A stretch of 64,000 nucleotides of DNA, from assembly GCA_963809045.1 (NCBI GenBank), contig CAWEHW010000004.1, positions 2,007,594 to 2,071,593 of the forward strand, given 5' to 3'. Below are positions 47,530-56,962 of the stretch, one piece after another. Within the stretch, counting starts at the first letter, position 1. Each line of letters opens with the position of its first letter. The position numbers were made by a program, and so were the translations under genes. The DNA comes from an uncultured Chloroflexia bacterium. Lineage in GTDB: Bacteria > Chloroflexota > Limnocylindria > Limnocylindrales > CSP1-4. The notes below the pieces were generated by a model. The model saw only the letters and a list, made by a program, of their open reading frames with translations, was not told the origin of the DNA and made no database searches.

Positions 47530-48617
47530 TGGACTTCCTGCTCGACATCCCGGTCCTCGGGTTCGTCTTCCAGTTCATCGCCTACCTGATCGACTCGATC
47601 ACGACGACCAGCCTGGCGCCACAGACCCTCCAGCTGGCCACGCCCATCGCGCTGGGCGCCTTGTGCGGCGTGATGAACGAGCGGAGCGGCATCGTCAACA
47701 TCGGGATCGAGGGCATGATGCTGACGTCAGCATTCGTGGGCTTCATGGTCGCGATGGTCGTCCACGAAGCCATGCCCGCGACCGAGCCGACGGCGATCTT
47801 CGGGTTCACCCCGGCGATCGTGGTCGGGATCCTGGCCGCCATGGGGGCGGGCATGCTCGTCTCGACGCTGCACGCGTGGCTGTGCATCAGCGTCCGAGCC
47901 GACCAGATCATCAGCGGCACGGTCATCAACATCATCGCTCTCGGCCTCACCGGCTACCTCAACCGGCTGATCCAGCCGTCGGGAAGCGCCGGCACGCTCG
48001 ATCCATTCCGGCCCCCGGCCGAGCTGATCGAGCTGCCCGTGGTCGGCTGGCTCTTCCGGATGTTCCTCGCGGTCGGGCCGATCACGATGTCGGTCATCGT
48101 CCTCGTGATCGTGATGCAGATCCTCCTGTTCCGATCCCGCTGGGGCCTGCGAACTCGGGCGGTTGGCGAGCACCCACGGGCCGCCGACACGGTCGGCATC
48201 GATGTCATCCGCCTTCGCTACCGGAACGTGATCCTTGGCGGCATCTTCGCCGGCCTGGCCGGGGCCTGGCTCACCCTCGAGTTCAACCAGTCCTTCCAGA
48301 ACGGGATGTCGGCCAACCGCGGGTTCATCGCGCTCGCGGCCGTGATCTTCGGGCGCTGGACCCCGATCGGGGCCTTTGGCGGCGCGCTGCTGTTCATGTT
48401 CTCCGAGGCCCTGGGCATCGCGATCCGGTCCAATCCCCCGCCGGGCGACCTCGGCGTGTTCCTGTCGGGCATCCAGGCGCAGTTCCCCAGCCTCTACAAC
48501 AACGCCTTTGGCGCCCTGCCCTACCTGCTGACGATCATCGTGCTGGCCGGTGTCGTCGGCCGCAGCATGGCCCCGGCCGCCGTCGGCAGACCCTACGTCA
48601 AGGAAGGCGCGAGCTGA
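47529..48617 (+). CDS. ABC transporter permease (BMP-family transporter, permease 2)
   Basis: A polytopic membrane protein. Its ATG overlaps the preceding stop by 1 nt (TGATG). Confidence 0.85.
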   Translation: MDFLLDIPVLGFVFQFIAYLIDSITTTSLAPQTLQLATPIALGALCGVMNERSGIVNIGIEGMMLTSAFVGFMVAMVVHEAMPATEPTAIFGFTPAIVVGILAAMGAGMLVSTLHAWLCISVRADQIISGTVINIIALGLTGYLNRLIQPSGSAGTLDPFRPPAELIELPVVGWLFRMFLAVGPITMSVIVLVIVMQILLFRSRWGLRTRAVGEHPRAADTVGIDVIRLRYRNVILGGIFAGLAGAWLTLEFNQSFQNGMSANRGFIALAAVIFGRWTPIGAFGGALLFMFSEALGIAIRSNPPPGDLGVFLSGIQAQFPSLYNNAFGALPYLLTIIVLAGVVGRSMAPAAVGRPYVKEGAS

Positions 48618-48694
48618 CGGACGACGCTGCCCGGCGTCAGGCCGAGCGCCAGCGGACGATCGCCTACCTGGACCTGGCCGAGGGACGAGGGCCC

Positions 48695-49135
48695 GTGCCG
48701 GTGCTCGACGACGACGGGATCGAGCGCGTCCTCAGGACAACCCGTCGGATCGCGGTGATCGGCGCGTCATCCGACGAGCGGCGACCATCGTTCGATGTCT
48801 TCAACTTCCTCCTGCGCAACGGCTTCGAGTGCGTCCCGGTCAATCCGAACGAGCGCGCGGTCCTTGGCGTGACGGCCTATCCGAGCCTCGCCGAGGCCAC
48901 GGCGGCCACCGGCACCTTCGACCTCGTCGATGTCTTCCGCCGCCCGGATCTCTGCGTTCCGCACGCTCACGAGGCTGTGGCGTCGGGCGCCCGGACCTTC
49001 TGGCTCCAGCTTGGCGTCGTGAACTGGGAGGCGGCCGGGGTCGCATCCAGTGGCGGCCTTGCCGTGGTCATGAACCGGTGCACCGCGATCGAAGTGCGGC
49101 GCGTGGGGCTGCAGGACGGGCGCGTCGGACGCTGA
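48695..49135 (+). CDS. CoA-binding domain protein (YccU/YneT-like)
   Basis: RRIAVIGASSDERRPSFDVFNFLLRNGFECVPVNPN...FDLVDVFRRPD is the CoA_binding_2 pattern. No ATG is available. A GTG at 48695 gives 146 aa. The alternative CTG/TTG start overlaps the permease stop at about 48614. Confidence 0.7.
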   Translation: MPVLDDDGIERVLRTTRRIAVIGASSDERRPSFDVFNFLLRNGFECVPVNPNERAVLGVTAYPSLAEATAATGTFDLVDVFRRPDLCVPHAHEAVASGARTFWLQLGVVNWEAAGVASSGGLAVVMNRCTAIEVRRVGLQDGRVGR

Positions 49136-49149
49136 GCCGCGCCGATCGG

Positions 49150-50119
49150 CTAGGCGAAGCGCTCGCGAAGGGAAGCGAGCGTCGACGGCTCCGCGAACGC
49201 GACCTGGGCCGCCGTCCGATGGACATCGCGTAACTGGTCGGGCGTCAGGACGCCCTCCTCGACCAGCAGCCGCTCCTCCGCGCCGAGGCGTTGACCCGTC
49301 GTGATCGGGTCGTCATCACCCAGGACCACGCGGCACCCGGCGGCCAGCATCGCCCGCATCGGATGATCGGCGATGGTTCGCGCTGCCCCGGTGAGCAGGT
49401 TCGAGGTCGGGCACACTTCGAATGCGATCCCCCGTTCCGCCGCCCAGGCCAGCGTGCCGGGGTCGTCGACCACCCGGGACCCGTGCCCGATCCGAGCTGA
49501 CGCCCAGGATGTCGACCGCATCCACGACGCTGGACGGCGGCCCGGCCTCAGCGGCATGTGCGGTCAGCCCCAGACCGGCCGCTCCAGCAATGGCATACCC
49601 CTCGCGATACGGTGCCTGCGATGGGTAGACCAGCTCATCCCCGGCGATGTCGAGGCCGACGACGCCCTTGCCGGCAGCGCCGGCCGCGGCTCGGGAGACG
49701 GCGAGGTTCGTCTCGGGGTCGGTGTGTCGCAGCATCGCGACGACCAGGCCGGCCGGCAGCCCCGTCGCCGCGGTCCCTTCCTGCAGACCGGCGCATGCTG
49801 CGGCGACCACCGCCGGGAGATCGAACCCCGGACGACGATGGGTCGCCGGGCCAAACCGGATCTCGAGGTAGTGGCACCCGTCCGCCGCAGCGTCCTCCAC
49901 CGCCTCGCGGGCCACGCGCCGCAGCGCATCCGGGGATCCCAGCACGGGATAGACGGCCGCCACGTGGGCGAGGAAGACCGTCAGGTCGGCCGGATGGTCC
50001 ATGCGCAGCGCGCGTTCCCAGCCGCCTGGAGGATCCGGGACGCCCGCGGTGGCGGCGAGCTCCGCCGCGGTCTCCGGGCGCACGCACCCTTCGAGATGGG
50101 TATGCAGGTTGAGGCCCAT
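49150..50119 (-). pseudogene. add: adenosine deaminase, frameshifted (two ORFs, 50119..49316 and 49557..49150, in different frames)
   Basis: The N-terminal part (MGLNLHTHLEG...AEAGPPSSVVDAVDILG) and the C-terminal part (RIGHGSRVV...FEVCPTSNLLTGA...VVLGDDDPI) are clearly one adenosine deaminase split by a single-nucleotide frame change near 49495-49505 (ILGVS / ARIGHG junction). Confidence 0.8.
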
Positions 50120-50121
50120 GG

Positions 50122-50889
50122 CTACAGCGACAGGCGCGCGGCCGTCTCGAGCGCGGTCTCGATGCTGGCGCGCCAGCCGACGGCGAGCCGGGCGTGGGCG
50201 TCGCCGGAGTACACGCTCGTCCCCGCCACCAGATTGCTCGACACGGCGCAGATCATCGCGGCCCGGAGCCGGCGCTGGCGGGCGATCACGAACAGGGCCG
50301 ACGATTCCATCTCGACGTTGAGGAGGCCGAGACCCGACATCTGCATCGTCCACTCGGGTGACTCGGCGTAGAACGCGTCGTCGGTCACGTTCAGCCCGGC
50401 GTGGACCGCCAGGCCATGCGCCGGCGCGCGTTCCCGGGCCACTCGTTCGAGCTCCAGCGTGATCTCGAGGTCCGGGACCGCGGGATACCCGGCGGGGACG
50501 TAGGCCGCCGTGGTCCCGTCGTTGCGGAACGAACCCTGGCTGATCACGAGGTCACCGGGCGCGAGATCGGCCTGGAGCGCACCGGTGCTGCCGACGCGGA
50601 TGAACGACGTCACGCCGCATCGCGCCAGCTCCTCGATCGCGATCGCCGTCGACGGGCAGCCCATCCCAGTCGAGGTGACCGTCACGTCACGACCCTTGTA
50701 CGACCCGATCATCGTCCGGTGTTCGCGCTGGTGGGCGACGTCCCGCGCGTCCGTGAGGTACTCCGCCACGAGCGGAACGCGGAATGGGTCGCCCGGCATC
50801 AACACCACGGTGCTCACCTCGCCGGGAGCCACCCCGACGTGGAATTGCCGGCCGCCGATGCCGATGCTGCTCTTGTCGACGATGCTCAA
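50122..50889 (-). CDS. nucleoside phosphorylase, PNP/UDP family 1 (DeoD/Udp-like)
   Basis: GDPFRV, TSTGMGCPSTAIAIEEL and VEMESSALF motifs. It is 255 aa and its stop lies 2 nt from the add start. Confidence 0.85.
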   Translation of the reverse strand: MSIVDKSSIGIGGRQFHVGVAPGEVSTVVLMPGDPFRVPLVAEYLTDARDVAHQREHRTMIGSYKGRDVTVTSTGMGCPSTAIAIEELARCGVTSFIRVGSTGALQADLAPGDLVISQGSFRNDGTTAAYVPAGYPAVPDLEITLELERVARERAPAHGLAVHAGLNVTDDAFYAESPEWTMQMSGLGLLNVEMESSALFVIARQRRLRAAMICAVSSNLVAGTSVYSGDAHARLAVGWRASIETALETAARLSL

Positions 50890-50901
50890 GGGATACTCCG
50901 T

Positions 50902-51174
50902 TCAGCGAACAAGGAAGCCGACAAACACCAGGACGAAACCGACGATCATGATGAGCCCCGCCGTCTGTGCTTGCCGGCGGAGGATGGCCATGGCCACGGA
51001 CGCACCGGTCGTGCCGTCGTCGCGGACTCCGCCGCGCCAGGCCTCGTACCGGGCCACGTTGGCGTCCTGCACCTTCAGCGCCTGGTAGCGCGCCCACGGC
51101 CGCCTCGCCCGGCGATACCCGATCGCGATGAGCGCGGCGCCGGCAAGCCACAACGCCAGGTTGAGCACGCTCAC
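50902..51174 (-). CDS. small membrane protein (two predicted TM helices), unknown function
   Basis: A 90-aa ORF with strong GC3 bias and hydrophobic segments at both ends (LNLALWLAGAALIAIGY and LIMIVGFVLVFVGFLV), wedged between gatB and the phosphorylase gene. Confidence 0.55.
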   Translation of the reverse strand: MSVLNLALWLAGAALIAIGYRRARRPWARYQALKVQDANVARYEAWRGGVRDDGTTGASVAMAILRRQAQTAGLIMIVGFVLVFVGFLVR

Positions 51175-51189
51175 GGTCGGCGTCGGCCC

Positions 51190-52659
51190 CTAGTCCGCGC
51201 GATCGAGGTGCCGTCGGAGGGCATCCTGGACGAGCGCCGCGTTGGCCTGGCCACGGGTGGCCTTCATGACCTGGCCGACGAGGAACCCGACCGCCTGCGC
51301 CTTGCCAGCGCGGTAGTCGCTGACGGCCGCGGGATTGGCGGCGATAGCCTCCTCGATCGCCGCTTCGACGACCGAATCGTCCGTGATCTGGGTGAACCCG
51401 CGCGCGGTGATGATCTCGCGCGTTCGGCTTCCGCTGGCCACGTGCTCCTCGAGCACCTGTCGACCCTGGGCGCGCGAGATCGAGCCTTCTGTCACCGCCC
51501 TGACGATCGCGGCGAGCTCGGCTGGGTCGACCCGTGGCGGCTGGCCGGCTGCGTTGCGCAGGCGGAGGTAGTCCCCGAGGACCCAGTTGGCAACCGGCTT
51601 TGGCTCGAGTCCTGAATCGCTCGCCATGGTCGCTTCGAACAGGGCCGTCGCGTCCGGATCGGCCACCAGGACACCGGCGTCGTAGGCGCTCAGCCCGATG
51701 TCATCGCGGTACCGGCGCCGGCGCGCACCCGGCAGTTCCGGAAGGCGCGCCTGCAGCTCGGCCAACCAGGCAGGGTCCAGGTGCAGCGGCGGGAGGTCGG
51801 GCTCCGGGAAGTACCGGTAATCGTCCGAGGTCTCCTTGACCCGCATCCGGTACGTCGATCCGCGTTCCTCGGACCAGCCCCGCGTCTCCTGCAGCAGCGG
51901 CTCGCCGGCGTCGAGCGCCGCCGCCTGCCGTTCGATCTCGAAGTCGATCGCCCGTTCGACGGCCCGGAACGAGTTCATGTTCTTGACCTCGATCCGCGTC
52001 CCGTACGGTTCCGTGCCACGGGGGCGGAGCGACACGTTGGCCTCGACCCGCATCTGGCCCCGCTCCATATCCGCGTCGGATGCGCCGATCGAGCGCAACA
52101 GCAGTTGCAGCTCCTCGGCATACCGGCGCGCCTGCTCCGCGGTGCGGATGTCAGGCTCGGTCACGATCTCCATGAGCGGTGCCCCGGACCGGTTGAAGTC
52201 GACCAGGCTGACACGCCGCCCGGCGTCGTCCGTGGCATGGACCAGCTTGGCGGTGTCTTCCTCGAGGTGCGCCCGCGTGATGGTCACCGTGAATGGGCCG
52301 TCGGATGTGTCGAAAGTCAACCGGCCGCGCGACGCGAGTGGCAGGTCGTACTGGCTGATCTGGTAGCCCTTCGGAAGGTCCGGGTAGAAGTAGTTCTTGC
52401 GGTCCCAACGCGTGGCCCCTGGTGCGGTCGCCTCGATCGCCGCGCCGGTGGTCAGGACGTGTTCGACTGCCTGCTTGTTGATCGTTGGCAGCGCCCCGGG
52501 CAACCCGAGACAGACCGGGCAGACGTGCGTGTTCGGTGACGCCCCGTCGTAGTCGGTCGAGCAGCCGCAGAACATCTTCGAGGCGGTCCGAAGTTGCGAA
52601 TGCACCTCGATCCCGATCACCGCTTCGTAGCGATCGAGCGCGGTCGTGCCGTCAGCCAC
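51190..52659 (-). CDS. gatB: aspartyl/glutamyl-tRNA(Asn/Gln) amidotransferase subunit B
   Basis: YEAVIGIEVHSQL, CGCSTDY...CPVCLGLPGALP and a C-terminal YqeY-like tail. It is 489 aa. Confidence 0.95.
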   Translation of the reverse strand: MADGTTALDRYEAVIGIEVHSQLRTASKMFCGCSTDYDGASPNTHVCPVCLGLPGALPTINKQAVEHVLTTGAAIEATAPGATRWDRKNYFYPDLPKGYQISQYDLPLASRGRLTFDTSDGPFTVTITRAHLEEDTAKLVHATDDAGRRVSLVDFNRSGAPLMEIVTEPDIRTAEQARRYAEELQLLLRSIGASDADMERGQMRVEANVSLRPRGTEPYGTRIEVKNMNSFRAVERAIDFEIERQAAALDAGEPLLQETRGWSEERGSTYRMRVKETSDDYRYFPEPDLPPLHLDPAWLAELQARLPELPGARRRRYRDDIGLSAYDAGVLVADPDATALFEATMASDSGLEPKPVANWVLGDYLRLRNAAGQPPRVDPAELAAIVRAVTEGSISRAQGRQVLEEHVASGSRTREIITARGFTQITDDSVVEAAIEEAIAANPAAVSDYRAGKAQAVGFLVGQVMKATRGQANAALVQDALRRHLDRAD

Positions 52660-52733
52660 GCCGCGACCGTCCCGTGCTTGCTGGTTTCACGGTTCGTAGT
52701 TTGGCAGGGCCGCCGCCGGTCCGCCGGGTCTGA

Positions 52734-53678
52734 CTAGGGCGCCGCCTGGTAGATCCTCACGTAGTCCACCACCATCGATGCTGGGAACTCGGTGTCGGGT
52801 GAGACCGGGCCGCCGAAATTGCCGCCCACGGCCAGGTTGAGCAGGAGGTAGAACGGGTGGTTGTACGCCCATTCGTTCGGAGCGACGTCCGCTGGTGTGG
52901 CCGTGTGGTATTCGGTCCCATCAACCGTCCAGACGATGTGATCCTCCTCCCAGTCGACGGCGAAAACGTGAAAGTCGTCGGCGACAGGCGCCGGCAGATC
53001 GATGGTCGTGCCGTACCCGTTCGACCCCGAGTACCCCGGTCCGTGGAGCGTCCCGTACAGCTTGTTCGGTTGCCGGCCGACGTTCTCCATGACATCGATT
53101 TCGCCGGAAGCGGGCCACCCCACGCTGCCGATGTTGGCCCCGAGCATCCAGAATGCCGGCCACAACCCAACGCCCGATGGGACCTTGATGCGCGCCTCGA
53201 CGCGGCCGTAAGTCAGCTCGTACAGGCCACGCGTCAGCAACCGCGCGGACGTGTACTTGCACGGACCGTAGTAGCAATCGAGCCCCGGCTCGGCGGCACG
53301 GGCGGTGATGACGAGGTTCCCGGCACCGTCGGTCGCTGCGTTCTCAAGGTCCTCGGTGTAGTACTCCAGCTCGTTGTTGCCCCATCCCGCGACGCTCTCG
53401 GCGGTCCCGTCACCGTGCTCGTAGCCCCAGTGTTCCGGGTTTGGCGGCGTACCGGCAGGCTCGTCGAACTCGTCGCCCCACACGAGCGCCAGGCCGTTCG
53501 GCGCCGCCGAGACGGCCGGCGATGAGGTGGGCACGGCTGTTGGGCTCGCCGTGGCTGGGGCAGTCGGTGGTTCGGTTGGCTGAGTCACGTTCGATCCTCC
53601 GCATGCGACGACGGTGGCAGCGAGCGCGACAGCCGCCACGCTCGCGACCGGATGCCGCCATCCGTTCCGGTCAGCCAT
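52734..53678 (-). CDS. secreted glycoside hydrolase family 16 endo-beta-1,3-glucanase (laminarinase-like) lipoprotein
   Basis: A lipoprotein signal (VAAVALAATVVACGG), a Pro/Thr/Ala linker and the GH16 catalytic motif EIDVME. I chose the ATG at 53678 (ORF track start 53831). Confidence 0.85.
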   Translation of the reverse strand: MADRNGWRHPVASVAAVALAATVVACGGSNVTQPTEPPTAPATASPTAVPTSSPAVSAAPNGLALVWGDEFDEPAGTPPNPEHWGYEHGDGTAESVAGWGNNELEYYTEDLENAATDGAGNLVITARAAEPGLDCYYGPCKYTSARLLTRGLYELTYGRVEARIKVPSGVGLWPAFWMLGANIGSVGWPASGEIDVMENVGRQPNKLYGTLHGPGYSGSNGYGTTIDLPAPVADDFHVFAVDWEEDHIVWTVDGTEYHTATPADVAPNEWAYNHPFYLLLNLAVGGNFGGPVSPDTEFPASMVVDYVRIYQAAP

Positions 53679-56088
53679 TCGACGGTCCCACCGCGAACCC
53701 GTTGCGTTGCCGGATGGCGTACTCGAGCGCCCAGATCGCGAGCGGCCGCAGATACAGGCTGGCGCGGAAGTTGCCGTCGATGTCATACGCCTCGGGGGTC
53801 CTGAACCAGAACCCGCGGCGGTAGGTGACATCCTGGGCGCCCCACGCCGTACGCCAGGCCTCCTCGACCAGGCCGCGCCCGAACATGCACGCCGCCAATG
53901 CGTATGTCACGCCAACCCAGACCTCCGCCGACTGGAGGCTGGAATCGTCAACAGATCCGTCGGCTCGGACACCGTTGACCGCGCCCATCTCCCCCGCCGC
54001 GAACCCCATCACGTTGGCGGCAAAGATCGTCCGCAGGGTCGTCGCCACGCGATCTGGAGCGACGAGATCGCCGAGGCCCGTGGCGTCGGCGTACCACTGG
54101 CCGGCGAGCTGACCGGCCATGACCGACGATGCCGATGGACCGTCGCTCGTGTCAAACCGATAGTGCGACCCGGTCCACAACTTCGCCTCGAACGCGGCCC
54201 GGGCATGGGCTTCTAGCCTCCGAAGTCGTTCAACTGTCGACGTATCGCGCGCGATGGTCCCGATCTCGGTCGCCGCACGCAGCGCCGCCAGCCAGAGCGC
54301 ACCGCTGTAGGCGCTCGGGCCGCGCATCGCCCACGTGTCGAAGGTCTGATCAGGCACGCCGTCGTGCTCGGGCAGGCCGTCGCCGTCACGGTCAAAGCCC
54401 TCGATGTAGTCGAGGGCCTGCCGAACGGCCGGCCAGGCTTGCCGCGCAAGGGCTTCGTCGCGGAGGACGAGCACGTCGCGCCAGACGTGGAGCACGAACT
54501 TGCTGTTGAGGTCCTTCCAGATGTTGGTGTCCTGGTAGTGGTAGTGGTTCGGGCGGAGGAAGGGATCGCCCCCGGGACCGCCGACGTCGTGGGGCGCGGC
54601 ACCGGCGACCTTTCGGACCGCCGTGAGTCCGTCCGCCTCGAGCCTGACGACTTCGGGATCATCGATGGCGATGGTCTCGACCAAATCGCCGATGACCTGG
54701 CGTTCGAGCTGCGGCCAGAGCATCAGGAGCGCCCATGATGCGTAGAAGTTGACGTCGACCGTGTTGTAGAACTGGTAGTCGAGACACTCGAGGATCGCGA
54801 ACCGGCCAAGGTCGCCCTGGCTCAGGGTAGTGGTCCCGCTCGACCCCGCCAGCGACCCGGCAGGGCCGGTTGCCGACGTCGGCGTTCCGTCCGTCCAGAC
54901 GGTTCCGCCATCGACGAGGTAGTACAGCTCGTTGAGGAGGGCGGCCTTGTACCACTCCGGTCGATCGGGCGCGTCGAGGATTGGCGCCTGCCAGGCATCG
55001 ATCGCGATTGCCCATTCGGTGCGCCGCTGGAGCGCCTCCGTGGCCATCGTCCAGGCGCGCTGGCCGTCTTCGCCATAGAACTTCGTGTATCGCCGGCGCC
55101 AGCGCGTCCCAGCGCCGAACTCGACGAGCGGCAGGTCCCAGGCTAGGGCGAATGCGAGTTCCCGTGACTCGCCCGGGGCGAGGTCCACGGTTGCGGCGAT
55201 GGCGGAACCGACGGCCTGTCCAGGCCGGCTGGTGGCGCGTGTCGACGTGGCGGACGAGAGGCGACCGTCGTCGGCGAAGTCCGCCCAGAGCGCACCGGCG
55301 CCGTCGATCTCGAAGATTTCATGACGCGTGATCTGGACGCCCTCGGCGTTGGGCGCGACGACCGCGAACGACCCGTTCCAGGCTTCGCCCTCCGCCCCCT
55401 CCGGCCCGAACATCAGCACGCCCGAGACATCGTCGCGGTCGATCCCCTCGTGACGATGGCCTCCGACACGGTCGCAGCCCTGCGCGCGACCAATCACGTT
55501 CTGCCAGGTGAACATCAGCCCAACCTTGACCGGGTCCGGGCCGATGTTGTCGACCCGCCACTCGAAGACTGCGACCGGGTAGCTGCTCTCCCGGTAGTTG
55601 CCCGGGATGATCGGGCTGAATTGCTTCTGGACCAGGCGCACCGGCAGGGCATCCCAGTCGTACTCGAACCAGGCGCTCGGAAACAGGCCGTGATAGGTCC
55701 CCGCCCCGATCGGCCAGTCCCAGCCCCACTCTGGCAGCGTCCCCGGGTCGGGACGGAACGTCGTCAGGACGTGAGCGGATCGTGCCATGCCTTCCCGATC
55801 TTCGGACGACCGCTCGACGAAGAGCGAGAACTGGCTGGCGGCGATCGATTCGAAGCGGTGATCTCCGGGATCCAGGTGCCAGCGAGCGAAGTCGCCGCGA
55901 TGCGTCCGCCCGATGCTCCCGGCGCCCAAACCCCCCAGCGGGACGCCGCCCCACGGCCCGTCGTCGATCAGGGGTTCTCCGTCGGTCACCCGTGGATGGC
56001 CTGCGGCATCGAAGGGTAGCCCGAGGGGCCGGCGCCAGGCGATGGCCGGCAGGCCCCGGTCACCGTCTCGTGCCGACGAGTCACCCAC
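53671..56088 (-). CDS. glycoside hydrolase family 116 (GBA2-type beta-glucosidase/glucosylceramidase-like)
   Basis: The GH116 N-terminal domain signature (WGGVPLGGLGAGSIGRTHRGDFARWHLDPG) and a C-terminal (alpha/alpha)6 catalytic domain. It is 805 aa with no signal peptide. Confidence 0.8.
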   Translation of the reverse strand: MGDSSARDGDRGLPAIAWRRPLGLPFDAAGHPRVTDGEPLIDDGPWGGVPLGGLGAGSIGRTHRGDFARWHLDPGDHRFESIAASQFSLFVERSSEDREGMARSAHVLTTFRPDPGTLPEWGWDWPIGAGTYHGLFPSAWFEYDWDALPVRLVQKQFSPIIPGNYRESSYPVAVFEWRVDNIGPDPVKVGLMFTWQNVIGRAQGCDRVGGHRHEGIDRDDVSGVLMFGPEGAEGEAWNGSFAVVAPNAEGVQITRHEIFEIDGAGALWADFADDGRLSSATSTRATSRPGQAVGSAIAATVDLAPGESRELAFALAWDLPLVEFGAGTRWRRRYTKFYGEDGQRAWTMATEALQRRTEWAIAIDAWQAPILDAPDRPEWYKAALLNELYYLVDGGTVWTDGTPTSATGPAGSLAGSSGTTTLSQGDLGRFAILECLDYQFYNTVDVNFYASWALLMLWPQLERQVIGDLVETIAIDDPEVVRLEADGLTAVRKVAGAAPHDVGGPGGDPFLRPNHYHYQDTNIWKDLNSKFVLHVWRDVLVLRDEALARQAWPAVRQALDYIEGFDRDGDGLPEHDGVPDQTFDTWAMRGPSAYSGALWLAALRAATEIGTIARDTSTVERLRRLEAHARAAFEAKLWTGSHYRFDTSDGPSASSVMAGQLAGQWYADATGLGDLVAPDRVATTLRTIFAANVMGFAAGEMGAVNGVRADGSVDDSSLQSAEVWVGVTYALAACMFGRGLVEEAWRTAWGAQDVTYRRGFWFRTPEAYDIDGNFRASLYLRPLAIWALEYAIRQRNGFAVGPSNG

Positions 56089-56962
56089 GCAGCGATCCCG
56101 CTGTGAACCCGCCGATGATGTACCGCTGCAGGAACAGGTACAGGACGACCATGGGCGCCGCGAGCATCAGGACGGCGGCCGACAGGAGCGGCCAATCGTT
56201 GCCGTAGATGCCGGTGAAGACGATGAGCCCACGCGTGATCGGGTAGTAGTTCTCGTTGGTCAGGTAAATGTTGGCCAGGACGAGCTCGTTCCAGACGCCG
56301 ATGGCGTGCAGGATCGCGACCGTTGCGAGCGCCGGCTTGGTCAGGGGCAGGACGATCCGGACCAGGTACCGGATGTAGCCGGATCCCTCGAGCGCGGCGG
56401 CCTCGTCCAGCTCGCGCGGGATCGTCCGGATGTATCCCACGAGGATCAGCACGCCGATCGGGTTCGTGAGAAACAGGAGGATGTAGCCGATCTGCGTGTT
56501 GTAGAGGCGCAGGTTGAGGAGGAGCTGGAACTGCGGGATCAGCGCGACCGGGAGGAACAGCGCGATCACGAACAGCAGGTACAGCCAGTTCCAGCCGCGA
56601 ACGAACCGTCGGGCGATGGCGACCGACAACGGGAAGGCCGCCGCGAGGTAGACGATCGTCGCCACCGCGGCGTACAGGATCGTGTTGACCAGGTACCGCG
56701 GAAAATCGGCCTTGTCCCACGCCTCGGCAAAGTTCTCGATGGAGAACGTGGTCGTCAACGCCACCGGATCCTTCGCGAACTCCGGCGACGTCTTGAGGGC
56801 GGTGTTGATCAGCATCAGCATCGGCCCGATGTAGAGGACCGCGAGCGCGATCAGCAAGGCGTAGGTGCCGACGGTCCACCAATCGAGACGCCGACGACCG
56901 GGGCGGACGCGCGCTGCCCGGCTCGTCGTGGCCAGTGGATCGGCCGCAGCGACGCTGTTCAT
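56081..56962 (-). CDS. carbohydrate ABC transporter permease (MalG-like)
   Basis: An EAA-type loop (LDEAAALEGSG) and six TM segments. I chose the internal ATG at 56962 (ORF track start 57184), which abuts the upstream permease stop. Confidence 0.85.
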   Translation of the reverse strand: MNSVAAADPLATTSRAARVRPGRRRLDWWTVGTYALLIALAVLYIGPMLMLINTALKTSPEFAKDPVALTTTFSIENFAEAWDKADFPRYLVNTILYAAVATIVYLAAAFPLSVAIARRFVRGWNWLYLLFVIALFLPVALIPQFQLLLNLRLYNTQIGYILLFLTNPIGVLILVGYIRTIPRELDEAAALEGSGYIRYLVRIVLPLTKPALATVAILHAIGVWNELVLANIYLTNENYYPITRGLIVFTGIYGNDWPLLSAAVLMLAAPMVVLYLFLQRYIIGGFTAGSLRG

